Program-made: the position numbers and the translations under genes
Notes under the pieces: generated by a model
Told to the model about the DNA's origin: nothing
What the model saw: only the letters and a program-made list of their open reading frames with translations
The model's database searches: none
Part shown: positions 32,147-42,626 of the stretch, piece after piece
Position numbering within the stretch: the stretch's first letter is position 1
Layout of the letters: each line of letters starts with the position of its first letter
Source of the DNA: Candidatus Latescibacterota bacterium
GTDB lineage: Bacteria; Latescibacterota; CBDEFO01
Reading direction: 5' to 3'
Length of the DNA: 64,000 nt
NCBI GenBank assembly: GCA_965237525.1
Contig: CBDEFO010000003.1
Location: 397,974 to 461,973, forward strand

Positions 32147-33379
32147 ATGAGTTTTCTTTGCGGGCTTGCGAAAGTCAGTCTATTTGCTCTTGTTCTGGTG
32201 ATCATCCTTATCGGTCTTTTTTATAAGGAACTAAATCGCGTCTACAACGTGATTACCCTGTTCAAGTCAGATCGCGTGGTGAACAACTTTCGCTCGATGG
32301 AGACAATGTTCGAGGCGGTACCGATTCATCGGGGTCGGTTTGTGCATAAGTTCGAGCGCGAATTGGCAGATTTGCCAATGACCTACCAATACAAAGGGGA
32401 GACTAAAGATCTGGTCGAATTTCTCGGAGAGACCTGGACAACAGGATTGATTGTGCTCAGGGCTGGCAAAATTGTCTTCGAGGAATATTACAGAGGTAAT
32501 ACGGAGGCGTCCAGGACAATCTCCTGGTCAGTCGCGAAGTCCTTTGTATCGGCTCTGGTCGGCATTGCGGTCAATGAAGGGCACATAACCGACATTCAAG
32601 AGCCAGTCACAGACTACGTCCCGTTTCTACACGGCACAGGATATGACGGTGTGCCGATAAAGGATGTCCTCCAAATGTCTTCAGGAATCCGCTTCAACGA
32701 GGACTATGGGGACTTTTTCTCAGACATTAACCGGATGGGGAGGGCTATCGCCTTCAAAACTTCGCTTGATGATTTTGTCTCGTCCCTGAAGCGCGAACGC
32801 ACACCAGGTACGTACAATCACTACGTAAGTATGGATACACAGGTCCTCGGTATGGTGCTACGAGAAGCTACGGGGCAGACTTTGACATCCTATCTGGAGA
32901 GAAAGATTTGGCAAAAGATTGGGATGGAGTCGAACGCCTATTGGTTAACCGATAGCAGGGGTATGGAGCTAGCCTTTGGTGGTCTCAATGCCGTACTCAG
33001 AGATTATGCCCGTTTCGGTATGCTATACTTGAACGAGGGAGCATGGAACGGAGAACAGATAATACCGCGCGAATGGGTGCAAGAATCAGTAACCCCAGAT
33101 GCGCCTCACTTGCAGCCGGGTGACAATCCAGCGTCCAGTTGGGTGCTCGGCTACGGTTTTCAGTGGTGGATTCCGCAAGAACCCGAAGGCGATTTCTTGG
33201 CGATTGGTATCTACAATCAGTTCATCTACGTTCACCCCAAGCATAAAGTCGTGATTGCGAAGAGTTCGGCTTATCCAGGCTACAATCTGGACGGTGATGA
33301 GAAAGAGCGGATCCACGAACAGATATTGGAGTCCATAGCGGTATTTCGGGCAATCGCTAGAGATCTGACACGGGACTGA
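32147..33379 (+). CDS. Serine hydrolase, beta-lactamase class C/NylB-like
   Basis: SWSVAKS (SxxK), YVS, YGFQWW motifs. Confidence 0.9.
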   Translation: MSFLCGLAKVSLFALVLVIILIGLFYKELNRVYNVITLFKSDRVVNNFRSMETMFEAVPIHRGRFVHKFERELADLPMTYQYKGETKDLVEFLGETWTTGLIVLRAGKIVFEEYYRGNTEASRTISWSVAKSFVSALVGIAVNEGHITDIQEPVTDYVPFLHGTGYDGVPIKDVLQMSSGIRFNEDYGDFFSDINRMGRAIAFKTSLDDFVSSLKRERTPGTYNHYVSMDTQVLGMVLREATGQTLTSYLERKIWQKIGMESNAYWLTDSRGMELAFGGLNAVLRDYARFGMLYLNEGAWNGEQIIPREWVQESVTPDAPHLQPGDNPASSWVLGYGFQWWIPQEPEGDFLAIGIYNQFIYVHPKHKVVIAKSSAYPGYNLDGDEKERIHEQILESIAVFRAIARDLTRD

Positions 33380-33425
33380 AAACTAATAGCCGCCCCGGGA
33401 TCGAATATTTCACCAGCGTTCTGTA

Positions 33426-34307
33426 ATGAATGAGGCGAGATCATTGAAACGCATAATAACAGCGGATTTACACACGAGGCACATTATTGGATTGCTAACA
33501 AATATCTTCCAGTATCTGAGCGAATTTGGATACCAACAGGTCCCTGTCTGGTATGATTCATCTGGGTCCGTGGTCAATGATTTTCAGACCATCGGTAAAA
33601 AGCTGAAATTCATTAAAATAATCCCCAATCCCTATCCGTTTTACGACTGGATTATGGGGTTCCACGAACGGTGGTCCAACCGTGCAGCGCTCCGTGGGCC
33701 GGTCTTGGAGAGGGTCAACCGAATCCTGGAGGCAGGTGTGGGAACAGGTTATTTTCTCAGCCAGGTTGTTCGGAAGACTAAGGAAGGACAGAGGGTTACC
33801 GCTGTTGATCTGTCCCGGCAAATGCTTGATAATGCGAAAAACTACCTGGTAAAACACGATCTTCTGTCTGCACGGGTGAATTTCGAGCAAGGCGACTGCA
33901 AAGGGTTGCCCCATGTGGATGAGGCTTTTGATCTTTATATGTCAAGCTATCTGTTCGATCTCTTGAACGAAGAAGAGATTATGCTTGCGATCAAGGAAAT
34001 AGAGCGTGTTCTCATACCTGACGGTCACGCCATCCTGATTACTATGACGACCGAACTCCACGACCTCTGGTGGCCCATAAGAGCGTTCTACCGGATTATG
34101 AACGAGCTCTACTGCCTGGGCTACTACCAGGGAAGATGGAACCCGATCTGGAGATTCCTATGTGCGAATTACGCACCTCACTGCCGCCCTATCGCCTTGG
34201 GCAAGTATCTGAGGAGATTCCCATCTATGGCCATCGAATACACAAAAATTAGCCATGTCTCGTTCTTTCCGGTCCGGATTTATTATGTTAGAAAAAGTCA
34301 TACGTAA
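33426..34307 (+). CDS. Class I SAM-dependent methyltransferase
   Basis: LEAGVGTG, AVDLSRQML motifs. Confidence 0.82.
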   Translation: MNEARSLKRIITADLHTRHIIGLLTNIFQYLSEFGYQQVPVWYDSSGSVVNDFQTIGKKLKFIKIIPNPYPFYDWIMGFHERWSNRAALRGPVLERVNRILEAGVGTGYFLSQVVRKTKEGQRVTAVDLSRQMLDNAKNYLVKHDLLSARVNFEQGDCKGLPHVDEAFDLYMSSYLFDLLNEEEIMLAIKEIERVLIPDGHAILITMTTELHDLWWPIRAFYRIMNELYCLGYYQGRWNPIWRFLCANYAPHCRPIALGKYLRRFPSMAIEYTKISHVSFFPVRIYYVRKSHT

Positions 34308-35075
34308 ATTGTGGTTGTTATTCAGAATGGCCTGGACAGCATTTTTTGCAGGCTCAACCAGGGCCTTTTATGATGGAATTTCCCCCATTTACGAATCGAC
34401 CTTTCTGAATCACATTGTCCATGTTGAAAATATCGTAGCTCTTCTTGCAAGTACATTTTCTTGGATGGAGGGATTCATCGTACTTGACTTGGGGTGTGGA
34501 ACCGGCTTACTGAGCAAGGCTCTATCCAGAGAAGGATTCCGCGCGATTGGCATGGACATTTCCCTGCAATCACTCCAGATTATGCAGCAGAGTGATCAAG
34601 GAGTGTCCTTGATCCATGGCGATGCAAAGTCTATCCCGTTTTCAGGCTGTAGCTTCCAGGCTATCGTCTGCCTGGGTGTCTGGCGTCATCTTCCTCATCC
34701 AGAGATAGTTCTCGATGAAATCTGCCGTGTGCTCGGCGAAGACGGGAATTTCGTCCTGGGATACTTCCCTCCGAAGCTCGGTGGACTCTTTCATATCCCG
34801 GACAACCCTTTGGGAAGAATGCTGGCGTGGTCATACAAAAAAACGGTCGTTGGTTCGGCTATGATGATCTGCTCGATCTTGACCTTGAAGAGCAAGCGTG
34901 GCAGGCCATTAGCAATAGGTTTGACCAAGTCCACAGAATAGAATCCGGAAAGCACTGGCACTTGATCCTAGCACATCACCCACTACCGGTTTGTGAGCAA
35001 GGGACTGGTATTGACGGGTTATTCACCGCCGACAATGCACACATCAAGCTGAATCGACTCTATCCACAATCTTAA
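34285..35075 (+). CDS. Class I SAM-dependent methyltransferase, frameshifted at the A-run near 34840
   Basis: LDLGCGTG; C-terminus continues in ORF 34827-35075. Confidence 0.75.
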
Positions 35076-35356
35076 CTGTCAAAGAGGACTAACCTTTGTG
35101 CCAGTGCAATATGAACTGTGTATATCTGTAACACTGTTATCTCCTCCTTCTTCTCGGCTCTTCTGCCTCTGCCACAATCCGATCAATTTTAGCTAACAAA
35201 TCTTCCTTATACCAGCTATCCCTCAACAACTGCTTAAAGCTGGGACTCTTTTGAATACTCTTTCGTATATTCCTAAAGTATAGACTTTCTTTTGTTCTCA
35301 GGTGGAAGATTCTTGATATACTGGATAATTGTCTCAAAGCTGCTGTAATAAAATGT

Positions 35357-36497
35357 GGTTCTTCTTCAAAAAGTGTAGTTATTGACGGAAGTAGTTTTTT
35401 GAGAATTTAATATTGAAAGGCATCTGTCTTTTCCTGTATAGTTTATAGTAGTAAGAACAAACAAATACAGGTAGGGGGGACAGGATGCCTGGTGACATCA
35501 GAGCAGAATGGCTTAATCTGCCAGCTGAAGATTGAAAGACTTGACTTTGTTGATTCTTATTCCCGATGCACTACCAGATTTGAGGAACTTGTAGCCAGAC
35601 TCTGCCGAATAACCAGCCTGAAGCAAGTAGCCGAACTCCTTGAGTTGGACTGGAAGACAGTCAAAGCAATTGACAAGAAGTTCCTGGAGAAACAGTTCTC
35701 CATTCCAGACTACGACGGCTTAAGGATTCTAGCAGTAGATGAGATAGCTTCCCATAAAGGCCATAACTACTTTACGGTCGTTATGGATCTAGAGCAAACC
35801 CGGGTAGTCTGGGTCGGCAAAGGTCGAACTCAAGAAACCCTGGATCGGTTTTTCAAAGAACTCGGTCCACAAAGGAGCAAGCAAATAGAGGCAGTAGCCT
35901 GTGATATGTGGGACCCATACATCGCCTCTATCAAGGAGCACGCTCCAGGGGCCAAAACAGTATTTGACAAATTCCACGTCATCAAAAACTACTCCAGGAT
36001 CATAGATAAAGTCAGAAATATCGAGTTTAAGAAAGCTACCGAACAGAACAAAGAGGCCATCAAAGGCACTAAGTACCTCCTACTTAAGAATCGACATAAA
36101 CTCAATAATGATCAGAAAGAGCAACTTTGCAGATTGCTTGAGTTAAACCAGAACATAAACATCGCCTATATGCTCAAGGACGATCTTAAAAGGCTCTGGA
36201 ATTATAAATCTGCCGGCTGGGCTAATCCCCAATTGATTCTATTGGGGATGCCTTGACTGTTGGGTTAGCACCGCCGTAGCCAGTAGTATCAAACCCCTTA
36301 TGAAATTTGCTCAGACCCTGGATAACTATCGTTACGGTCTTATTAACCACTGCTATTACCCCATCAACACTGGCAAATTAGAAGGAATGAATAACAAGAT
36401 CAAAGTCATTAAGCGCATTGCCTATGGATTTCACGATGACGACTACTTTATCCTGAAGATCAAACAAGGATGCTCAGCCCCATCGGATACTGAATAG
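35357..36497 (+). mobile_element. ISL3-family remnant (N-terminal deletion, frameshift, right end not found)
   Basis: GGTTCTT left end; AVDE, CDMW, FDKFHV, LEGMNNKIKVIKR.AYGF motifs. Confidence 0.88.
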
Positions 36498-36699
36498 CTA
36501 AAATAAAGTTCTATTGCCCAAAGAGATCGGATTCAATGTTGATATTGATCCAAGCCATAAACCTTTGACTTAACCACATTGTTACAATCCCTGAAGCGAG
36601 CCTACAATCCCTTCATTATTTACCTATTACCACTATTAACTTGTACAAAAACTCAAGAGACCATGAAACAGAATTACCCGCTACTACACTTTTTGGAGA

Positions 36700-37139
36700 A
36701 GATCCAGATTATTCAGCTTGAGGAACAGAAGGAACAATTAGATAGGGAGAACCTAGATATTGATCTGCTAATAGAGGAAGCAAAAAGGAAAGTCGCCAAC
36801 GCATCTGTAATGAAGAATACATTGACGACTTTTGCTGAGCTCTACTTGGAAACAACTCCAGAGGAGAAAAAGCAGTTGATGCAAATGCACATCAATGAAC
36901 TTTTATGGACGCCCACCAAAATAAAGCTAGCTCTATTTGAAAACCCCACTGAAATCCCACCTATTGCCCTGCCCACAACCTAGAAAGTTTCAGTGAGAGC
37001 TACAGTCTGGCACCCCGGGATGATGTCCCAAAGCGTACTTTTGTGGGATGAGTCAAAGCTGGAAATGAAACGAGTAGCAGCAGGTCACACCAGAATCAGT
37101 CTTCTTCCTCAGGATAGCCCCGTACAAAGCTCCGCTTAA
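36700..37139 (+). pseudogene. Possible C-terminal remnant of a large serine recombinase (coiled coil; in-frame TAG at 36981)
   Basis: LEEQKEQL...TPEEKKQLMQMHINEL..T..KI pattern; frame stays open about 50 codons after the TAG. Confidence 0.4.
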
Positions 37140-37645
37140 CTCTTTCTACTCATACGGGAACACTCAGCAACCTTTTCCTTCCGGTCGTCTTCTAAAAATA
37201 TCTTGCACAAAAGCTCAGCCAGTATTAAAACAGAGGCTGTCAGAAATGGATCTCTTTCGTTTTGGTAATTAGCGATAGGTATAATTAAAGCAAAGCTTCG
37301 GCCCGTTCGTAACAAACTTTACATATCCTTTTGTAGTATTTGTAGAATAGTGGACAAATAATAAAGAATTGTAAAATATAAAGATATAATCGCAAACAAT
37401 TTGACAAAGATTTAGAATTTGCATATATTGATGGCAATAGCTTTTGCGGTGTTTCCATATCCTGATCCGAGCAAAAAGCAGGTTGGTGGTAAGGCAATGG
37501 ATCGGATTTGATCGGTACAAAGTCCATGCTCGTTTTGAAAAGATTATTTATCAGCTCGGATTATTTCTCCAAAACGCTTATTGCATCGAAAGGTCTTATC
37601 AGATTGTAGCTAAATTGTTGCTGATGTAAAATATCTAATCACTAG

Positions 37646-39164
37646 AAGCCTTGTGAAATAGTTATGTCCCAGGCAGCGTCTGAAGCGCCGATTATGGGTC
37701 AAAGAGTAGCATATCGTATCGTTTTGCTGTGGAATAAGCAAAATAGTCTTATCAGAGTTCTGGTCAGCAAGGAATAGGAGCTGTTTGAAGAACAGGATGC
37801 ACTGTCTTTGACAGACAGGGCACACATAGACGCTTTCCCCCTTCTTATGAAAGATACAAGCCTCTTGAGATTCTGTACTGTTGCAACAAGATTCAACTGT
37901 TCATTCAGTGAGGCTGGTCCTCTGTAACGGGCTCGTCCCATACCGTGTTGTTGCCTGGCTTCAGCAAAGATATGTTCACTGCGTTTACGGAGTCTCCGGG
38001 AGAGTTTGTAGTCAGCTGTTAATGAGATAGACCGTGCATGATTTCTGGCTTTCGCCTCTCGCACTTTTCTATCCCGTTCGGCCTGAATATGTGCTGAATT
38101 TGTCTTGTTTTTCCATGTAGGAATCGGTTCAATCTTCTCATCGGCTCGCAGAGGAATATGGGGTATGATTCCCCGGTCAAGTACATCAGCGATAAAATTA
38201 CCAGAACCGTAACCGGTATCGGCACTAAGTGTCTGAATGTCTTTGGGCATGGTGTATGTTTCAAGGTCATCTACCATCTTAAGGGCACTTTCGGGCTCTG
38301 CTGTCCCTGTCGCCTGCGTGCCCTGAGTCTCAAGGATTACTCTGCTTTTTGTGTCGATCAGATCATGGCCCATAAACGAGAGAAAAGCCCCTTTGCCCTT
38401 CGATTTGCTGTATAAGCGCGCGTCGGGGTCTGTAGTCGAACGGTGTGTTTGGTTCGTCCACTTTTCACCATGAAAGTCTTTATCCTGAGGATGCCCGGAC
38501 CTACCCTTTGTCTTATCACCTTCAAAACCGATTCCCTTGAGATAATCATCAAGAGAAACAGGGGGTTCTATCGGCTCAATACTTTTCACTGAAGCATCAG
38601 CTTGTATCTGAGTGCCGTCGACACTAAGGTGTTTACCGCTCACAACACCGACATCTATGCAACACTGGACTACCTGACGCATTATCCGTTCAAACAACCC
38701 ACTGGATGCCCACTTGTGATTGCGAAGCTTGTTGATCGTGCTCCTATCCGGAACCGCATCATCAAATGTCTGATGACAAAACAACCGATATGCCGCATGC
38801 ATCCCCACTTCCTGACAGAGCCGATTCTCACTCAAATTATACAGATAGCCAATAAGGATCATTCGAACAACTAATTCAGGATCAATACCGGGTCTGCCAT
38901 TGTCAGGGCAATAACAATCTGATACAACGTCTCGTACAAATGAAAAATCAACTGCCTCATCAATCTGACGAAGGATATGATCCTCGGGAACTAAATCCTC
39001 CATCTGAAAATAGTGAAACATCGGATTTGTCTGTTCCTGCTCTTGTGGGGTCATTGTTTCCTCCATGTATAATATTATCAATAACATAATATAATACATC
39101 GGAGCTGCTTTATCAATGCTTGTTCTATACTACTTTCTGAATCTAAGGGTTTTTCACAAGGCTT
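37646..39164 (-). mobile_element. IS1182-family element copy 3 (transposase 37699-39099)
   Basis: Near-identical to copies 1 and 2; flanks CTAG / TTAA. Confidence 0.93.
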
Positions 39165-39429
39165 TTAAGAGCCCCGCCATAAAGACGGATAAGCTGTCCA
39201 TTTTGGGGAGGAGTACATCAAGTTTGGAAAGATAAAAATCCCATTTGAAAAATCTGAGGGCGTAATTAAAAACAGAAAACAGAAGGATCAGTGGAAGGTA
39301 TATCCAGTGGAAGGCCTTAAAGGCTACTATTATTCTATGATAGTCAAAGTGGAGGCTAATAGCGATAAAGACTATCACTCCCAAGCACAAGGATAGGGCG
39401 ATCTTTCTTTTGAGTCTTCGAAACATCAT
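39165..39429 (-). pseudogene. Lysylphosphatidylglycerol-synthase-TM/flippase-like gene, 5' part only, cut by IS copy 3
   Basis: NYALRFFKWDFYL motif; frame runs directly into the IS end. Confidence 0.72.
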
Positions 39430-39480
39430 TATTAAGTAGACACAAACATAGACAGTATACGGAGGGGAAAGACTCGGACC

Positions 39481-39578
39481 GAGATTGCTTCGCTGGCCCC
39501 TTGCTTTGCTCGGGGCTTCAGCTCGCAATGACCAAGAGTCCGAATCCTGGAAGCAATCCCCGATTGAGTCTATCGGGG
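39481..39578. repeat. GAGATTGCTTCG...CGCAATGAC palindrome followed by a 21-bp hairpin element (39558-39578)
   Basis: Read directly. Confidence 0.75.
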
Positions 39579-39586
39579 ACCGGGGG

Positions 39587-41038
39587 CTACTGTCTAGTTG
39601 GTTTTAGTCTCCACAGGTATACGACCAACACTGCGCCGAACGTGATCGTAATGATAGGAAGTACATATCTTATGTCAAAGAGGGAATCCCGGCCGCCAAT
39701 TTCCCGGTATTTCTTTCTGGCAAAGAGCGTCCATTCTAATATGCTCCTGTTCCTAAATTTGGCATCTTTCCACTTCCTGCGGGCAAGATCAAATAATTCG
39801 TCTTCGCTAAGGGGCATACGGGAGAGTCTTTCTCTTGATTCTTCCTTGGGCGGTCCATCCTTCAGGATAGATTTCCAGGCCCTTACCAGATCGCCGTGCG
39901 AATCTATGATCATTACTCCGATAAGGTCGTTGAGTATGCTCCATCTTTCCGATCCTCTGCCGGAGTCGTAGGTTAGACTCGACTTCATTTCGAAGGGGTT
40001 TATATAGACGGAGTTGTAGGCCTTCTTTCGATCATAGAGTTTTGGGGTGACGGCAAGTCTGTTGAGTTGAAAGTCCATCGGGCCACCGGGAGTACCTTTT
40101 TTGTAGAACCATATCTTCTGTCCCTTCTCCGAAAGGACAAAGTCAATGAACTTCCCCGCAAGCTTTGGGTTGGGTGCTCCCTTTAGCATGGCTATTCCGT
40201 CGGGATTGACGACTGTGAGCCCCTCGGGCATTACGTAGCCAATTTTGTCCCGTCCGACCCGATTAATTGTGGACGTAGCGTAAAAGTCTATAGCCAGGCC
40301 GTACGCCGCATCACCTGTGGACACCTCTTTTAGCGTCTGCCCTGAGCCCTTCACAAAGTTTCTTACGTTGGCCCCCATACAGGTTATGACCTGCCATCCC
40401 TTATCCCATCCGTAGGCCTGGAGGATGATCTCGTACATCATATGGACGCTTCCGCTATTTCTGGGATCTGCGGAGCTTACCCAGGTCAAAAGGGGAGGAT
40501 CTGTCAGATCCTCCCACGCCTTGGGTTCGGGCAACTTCATTATATCCAGTACTTTTTTGTTGTAGATTATACCGAATCCAGCAAGGGCGGCGCCGTACCA
40601 TCTGTATTGGGGGTCATATACGGGGACCCCGGCGACAGTCTTGCCCACTCTGTCTAAGATCTTATCGGGAACCTTATATGGCTGGAGGAGTTCCAGTCGG
40701 GCAAGTTCCCAAAAGGGATCGGTTCCCCCGCCGAACAAGAGATCGACACCGATACCGTCGGGGTTTTGGGAGAATTCGGACTTGACAAATTTCAAAATGT
40801 CGGAGGTCCCTCCCACATCGAGCCATTCTATCTCCATGCCCTCATAAGCCTCTTTGAACGCCCTTTCAAATTCGTGCTCTATCCCTTCCCAGTGAGGGGA
40901 AATTATGATAATTCTCTCCTCAGAAGACGAAATATCCGCTCCAGAAAGAGTAAACGCAAGCGCGGTGAAGAGGGCAATGTGGAAGATGTGCGTATTCACA
41001 CGATAGATTAAGTAGAGGGAAAGCCTAAGGCAGCTCAC
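39587..41038 (-). CDS. ABC extracellular solute-binding protein (Fe3+/AfuA-like) with C-terminal TM helix
   Basis: IISPH, DLLFGGG, ADPRNSGS, AIDFYA, KGAPNP motifs. Confidence 0.82.
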   Translation of the reverse strand: MSCLRLSLYLIYRVNTHIFHIALFTALAFTLSGADISSSEERIIIISPHWEGIEHEFERAFKEAYEGMEIEWLDVGGTSDILKFVKSEFSQNPDGIGVDLLFGGGTDPFWELARLELLQPYKVPDKILDRVGKTVAGVPVYDPQYRWYGAALAGFGIIYNKKVLDIMKLPEPKAWEDLTDPPLLTWVSSADPRNSGSVHMMYEIILQAYGWDKGWQVITCMGANVRNFVKGSGQTLKEVSTGDAAYGLAIDFYATSTINRVGRDKIGYVMPEGLTVVNPDGIAMLKGAPNPKLAGKFIDFVLSEKGQKIWFYKKGTPGGPMDFQLNRLAVTPKLYDRKKAYNSVYINPFEMKSSLTYDSGRGSERWSILNDLIGVMIIDSHGDLVRAWKSILKDGPPKEESRERLSRMPLSEDELFDLARRKWKDAKFRNRSILEWTLFARKKYREIGGRDSLFDIRYVLPIITITFGAVLVVYLWRLKPTRQ

Positions 41039-41061
41039 AAGCAGGACGAGGCAGTCTAATG

Positions 41062-41111
41062 GAGATTGCTTCGCCCACTTCGTGGCTTGCCCCCGATAGA
41101 TTCAATCGGGA
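41062..41111. repeat. GAGATTGCTTCG half-repeat interrupted by a 21-bp hairpin element (41091-41111)
   Basis: Read directly. Confidence 0.65.
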
Positions 41112-41149
41112 CTCAAGGGATAGGAGGAGGTACTCTGTCTACTGTTCTG

Positions 41150-42133
41150 TTATTCCAGGTCTTTGCGCGCGGCAATAGCCTCTTCTTCGGGCTTTTCTTC
41201 GCGTTCTTTTTCCATCTTCTTTATCAGCCTTTTGTCGAACTCCCTGGCGGAGTGATAGCCATGTATCTTCTCCACGTAGTTCAGGGCTATAGATTCGGAT
41301 ATTACGGTGACGTTCTTTCCCGGATAGACGGGGACAGTGACCACAGGAACCTCTATATCCAAGATGGTAGTGGCCTTATCATCAATGCCTGTCCTTTCGT
41401 ATTGTAAATCCTTGCTCCAATCTACAAGTTGAACCTCGACTTCGATCCTCTTTTGCAACCTTATGCCCCTAATGCCAAACATACTCCTTATGTCTATTAA
41501 TCCTACGCCTCTTATCTCCATAAAATGGCTAAGGGTCGGATCACAGCTCCCCACAAGTATGCCCTGGGCCTTTCTGGTGACAGTGATTATGTCGTCGGCA
41601 ACTAACCGATGTCCCCTTTCGACAAGGTCCAGAGCTATTTCGCTTTTGCCTATTCCGCTCCTCCCTGTAAAGAAGAGCCCCACACCATAGACGTCCACAA
41701 GCGATCCGTGCCGCGTTGTCTGAGGAGCCAGAAGGTCGTCCAGGTAGAAGTTGAAGAGGTGGCCAAATTTGGTCGTTCCAAGGGTTGTCTTCAATAGAGG
41801 AATGTCAGTCTGGTCCGCCAGTTCGATCATAAGCGGCAGTGGATCGTTGTTGTCAGTGAGCACAACGCAGGGGAGATCAAATTGATATATAGTCTTGAGT
41901 GCCTCACTCCTGTCGTATTCGGAGACTTTACTTAGGTAGAGCATCTCCGTGTTACCTATGACCTGGATTCTATCGTAGGTGTAGAGGTCTATAAAGCCGG
42001 TAAGCGCCAGGCCCGCACGATGTATCTCAGTCGTGTTCATCTTCCGCCAAAGCCCGTCTTTACCGGCCAGAAGCTGGAGTCTCAACCTTCTGCCAAATTC
42101 CTCAAGTACATAACCTACCCCGACCTCTGTCAT
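41150..42133 (-). CDS. hprK: HPr(Ser) kinase/phosphorylase
   Basis: GRSGIGKSE, GHRLVADD, MEIRGVG motifs. Confidence 0.96.
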   Translation of the reverse strand: MTEVGVGYVLEEFGRRLRLQLLAGKDGLWRKMNTTEIHRAGLALTGFIDLYTYDRIQVIGNTEMLYLSKVSEYDRSEALKTIYQFDLPCVVLTDNNDPLPLMIELADQTDIPLLKTTLGTTKFGHLFNFYLDDLLAPQTTRHGSLVDVYGVGLFFTGRSGIGKSEIALDLVERGHRLVADDIITVTRKAQGILVGSCDPTLSHFMEIRGVGLIDIRSMFGIRGIRLQKRIEVEVQLVDWSKDLQYERTGIDDKATTILDIEVPVVTVPVYPGKNVTVISESIALNYVEKIHGYHSAREFDKRLIKKMEKEREEKPEEEAIAARKDLE

Positions 42134-42169
42134 ATACGAACACCGCCTTGAATTTTTGGAAAAACTGAT

Positions 42170-42520
42170 TTACTCATCTTCATTTGTGTTCTCCGAGTCA
42201 AGAGAATCTATCAGTATTGACTCTTTGTCTATGCGCTTTGATCTTATCTTATCGTGCAATTTCTTCAACTGGCGCTTAAGCTTTTCCACTGCGCCATCTA
42301 CCGACGCGCCCATATTGTCCGATTGGTGAGTCGCCACCAGCGTATGTTTGTAGACGTTTACGGCTATCTCCACAGAGTGCCTGTGCTTCTCCACGTTCAT
42401 TGTTACATTGCAATCTATTATGCCGTCGTAGAACTTCTCCAATTTGGCTATTTCAGCGTTAATATGTTCCCTTAGCGAGTCAGACATGGCAAAGTGTCTT
42501 GCCGTAACGTTCAAGCGCAT
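42170..42520 (-). CDS. hpf: Ribosome hibernation promoting factor (short HPF/RaiA)
   Basis: NVTARHF..SDSLR, SVDGAVEKLKRQLKK; adjacent to hprK. Confidence 0.9.
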   Translation of the reverse strand: MRLNVTARHFAMSDSLREHINAEIAKLEKFYDGIIDCNVTMNVEKHRHSVEIAVNVYKHTLVATHQSDNMGASVDGAVEKLKRQLKKLHDKIRSKRIDKESILIDSLDSENTNEDE

Positions 42521-42578
42521 CTATTCCCCCGTTCCCAATGTGTATTTGAGCGTTAATACTGCCTACATTATAAAACTC

Positions 42579-42607
42579 AAGATAACTTGTAACTGAAGAT
42601 ATGTCAA
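42579..42607 (-). promoter_or_regulatory. Promoter of hpf-hprK
   Basis: TTGACA-N17-TATCTT. Confidence 0.65.
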
Positions 42608-42626
42608 CACCTTTTTTCCTTAGGGA

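Noticed and set aside
37008..37020. tRNA gene
   Set aside because: Only 13 nt resemble a tRNA end; no T-loop or cloverleaf.
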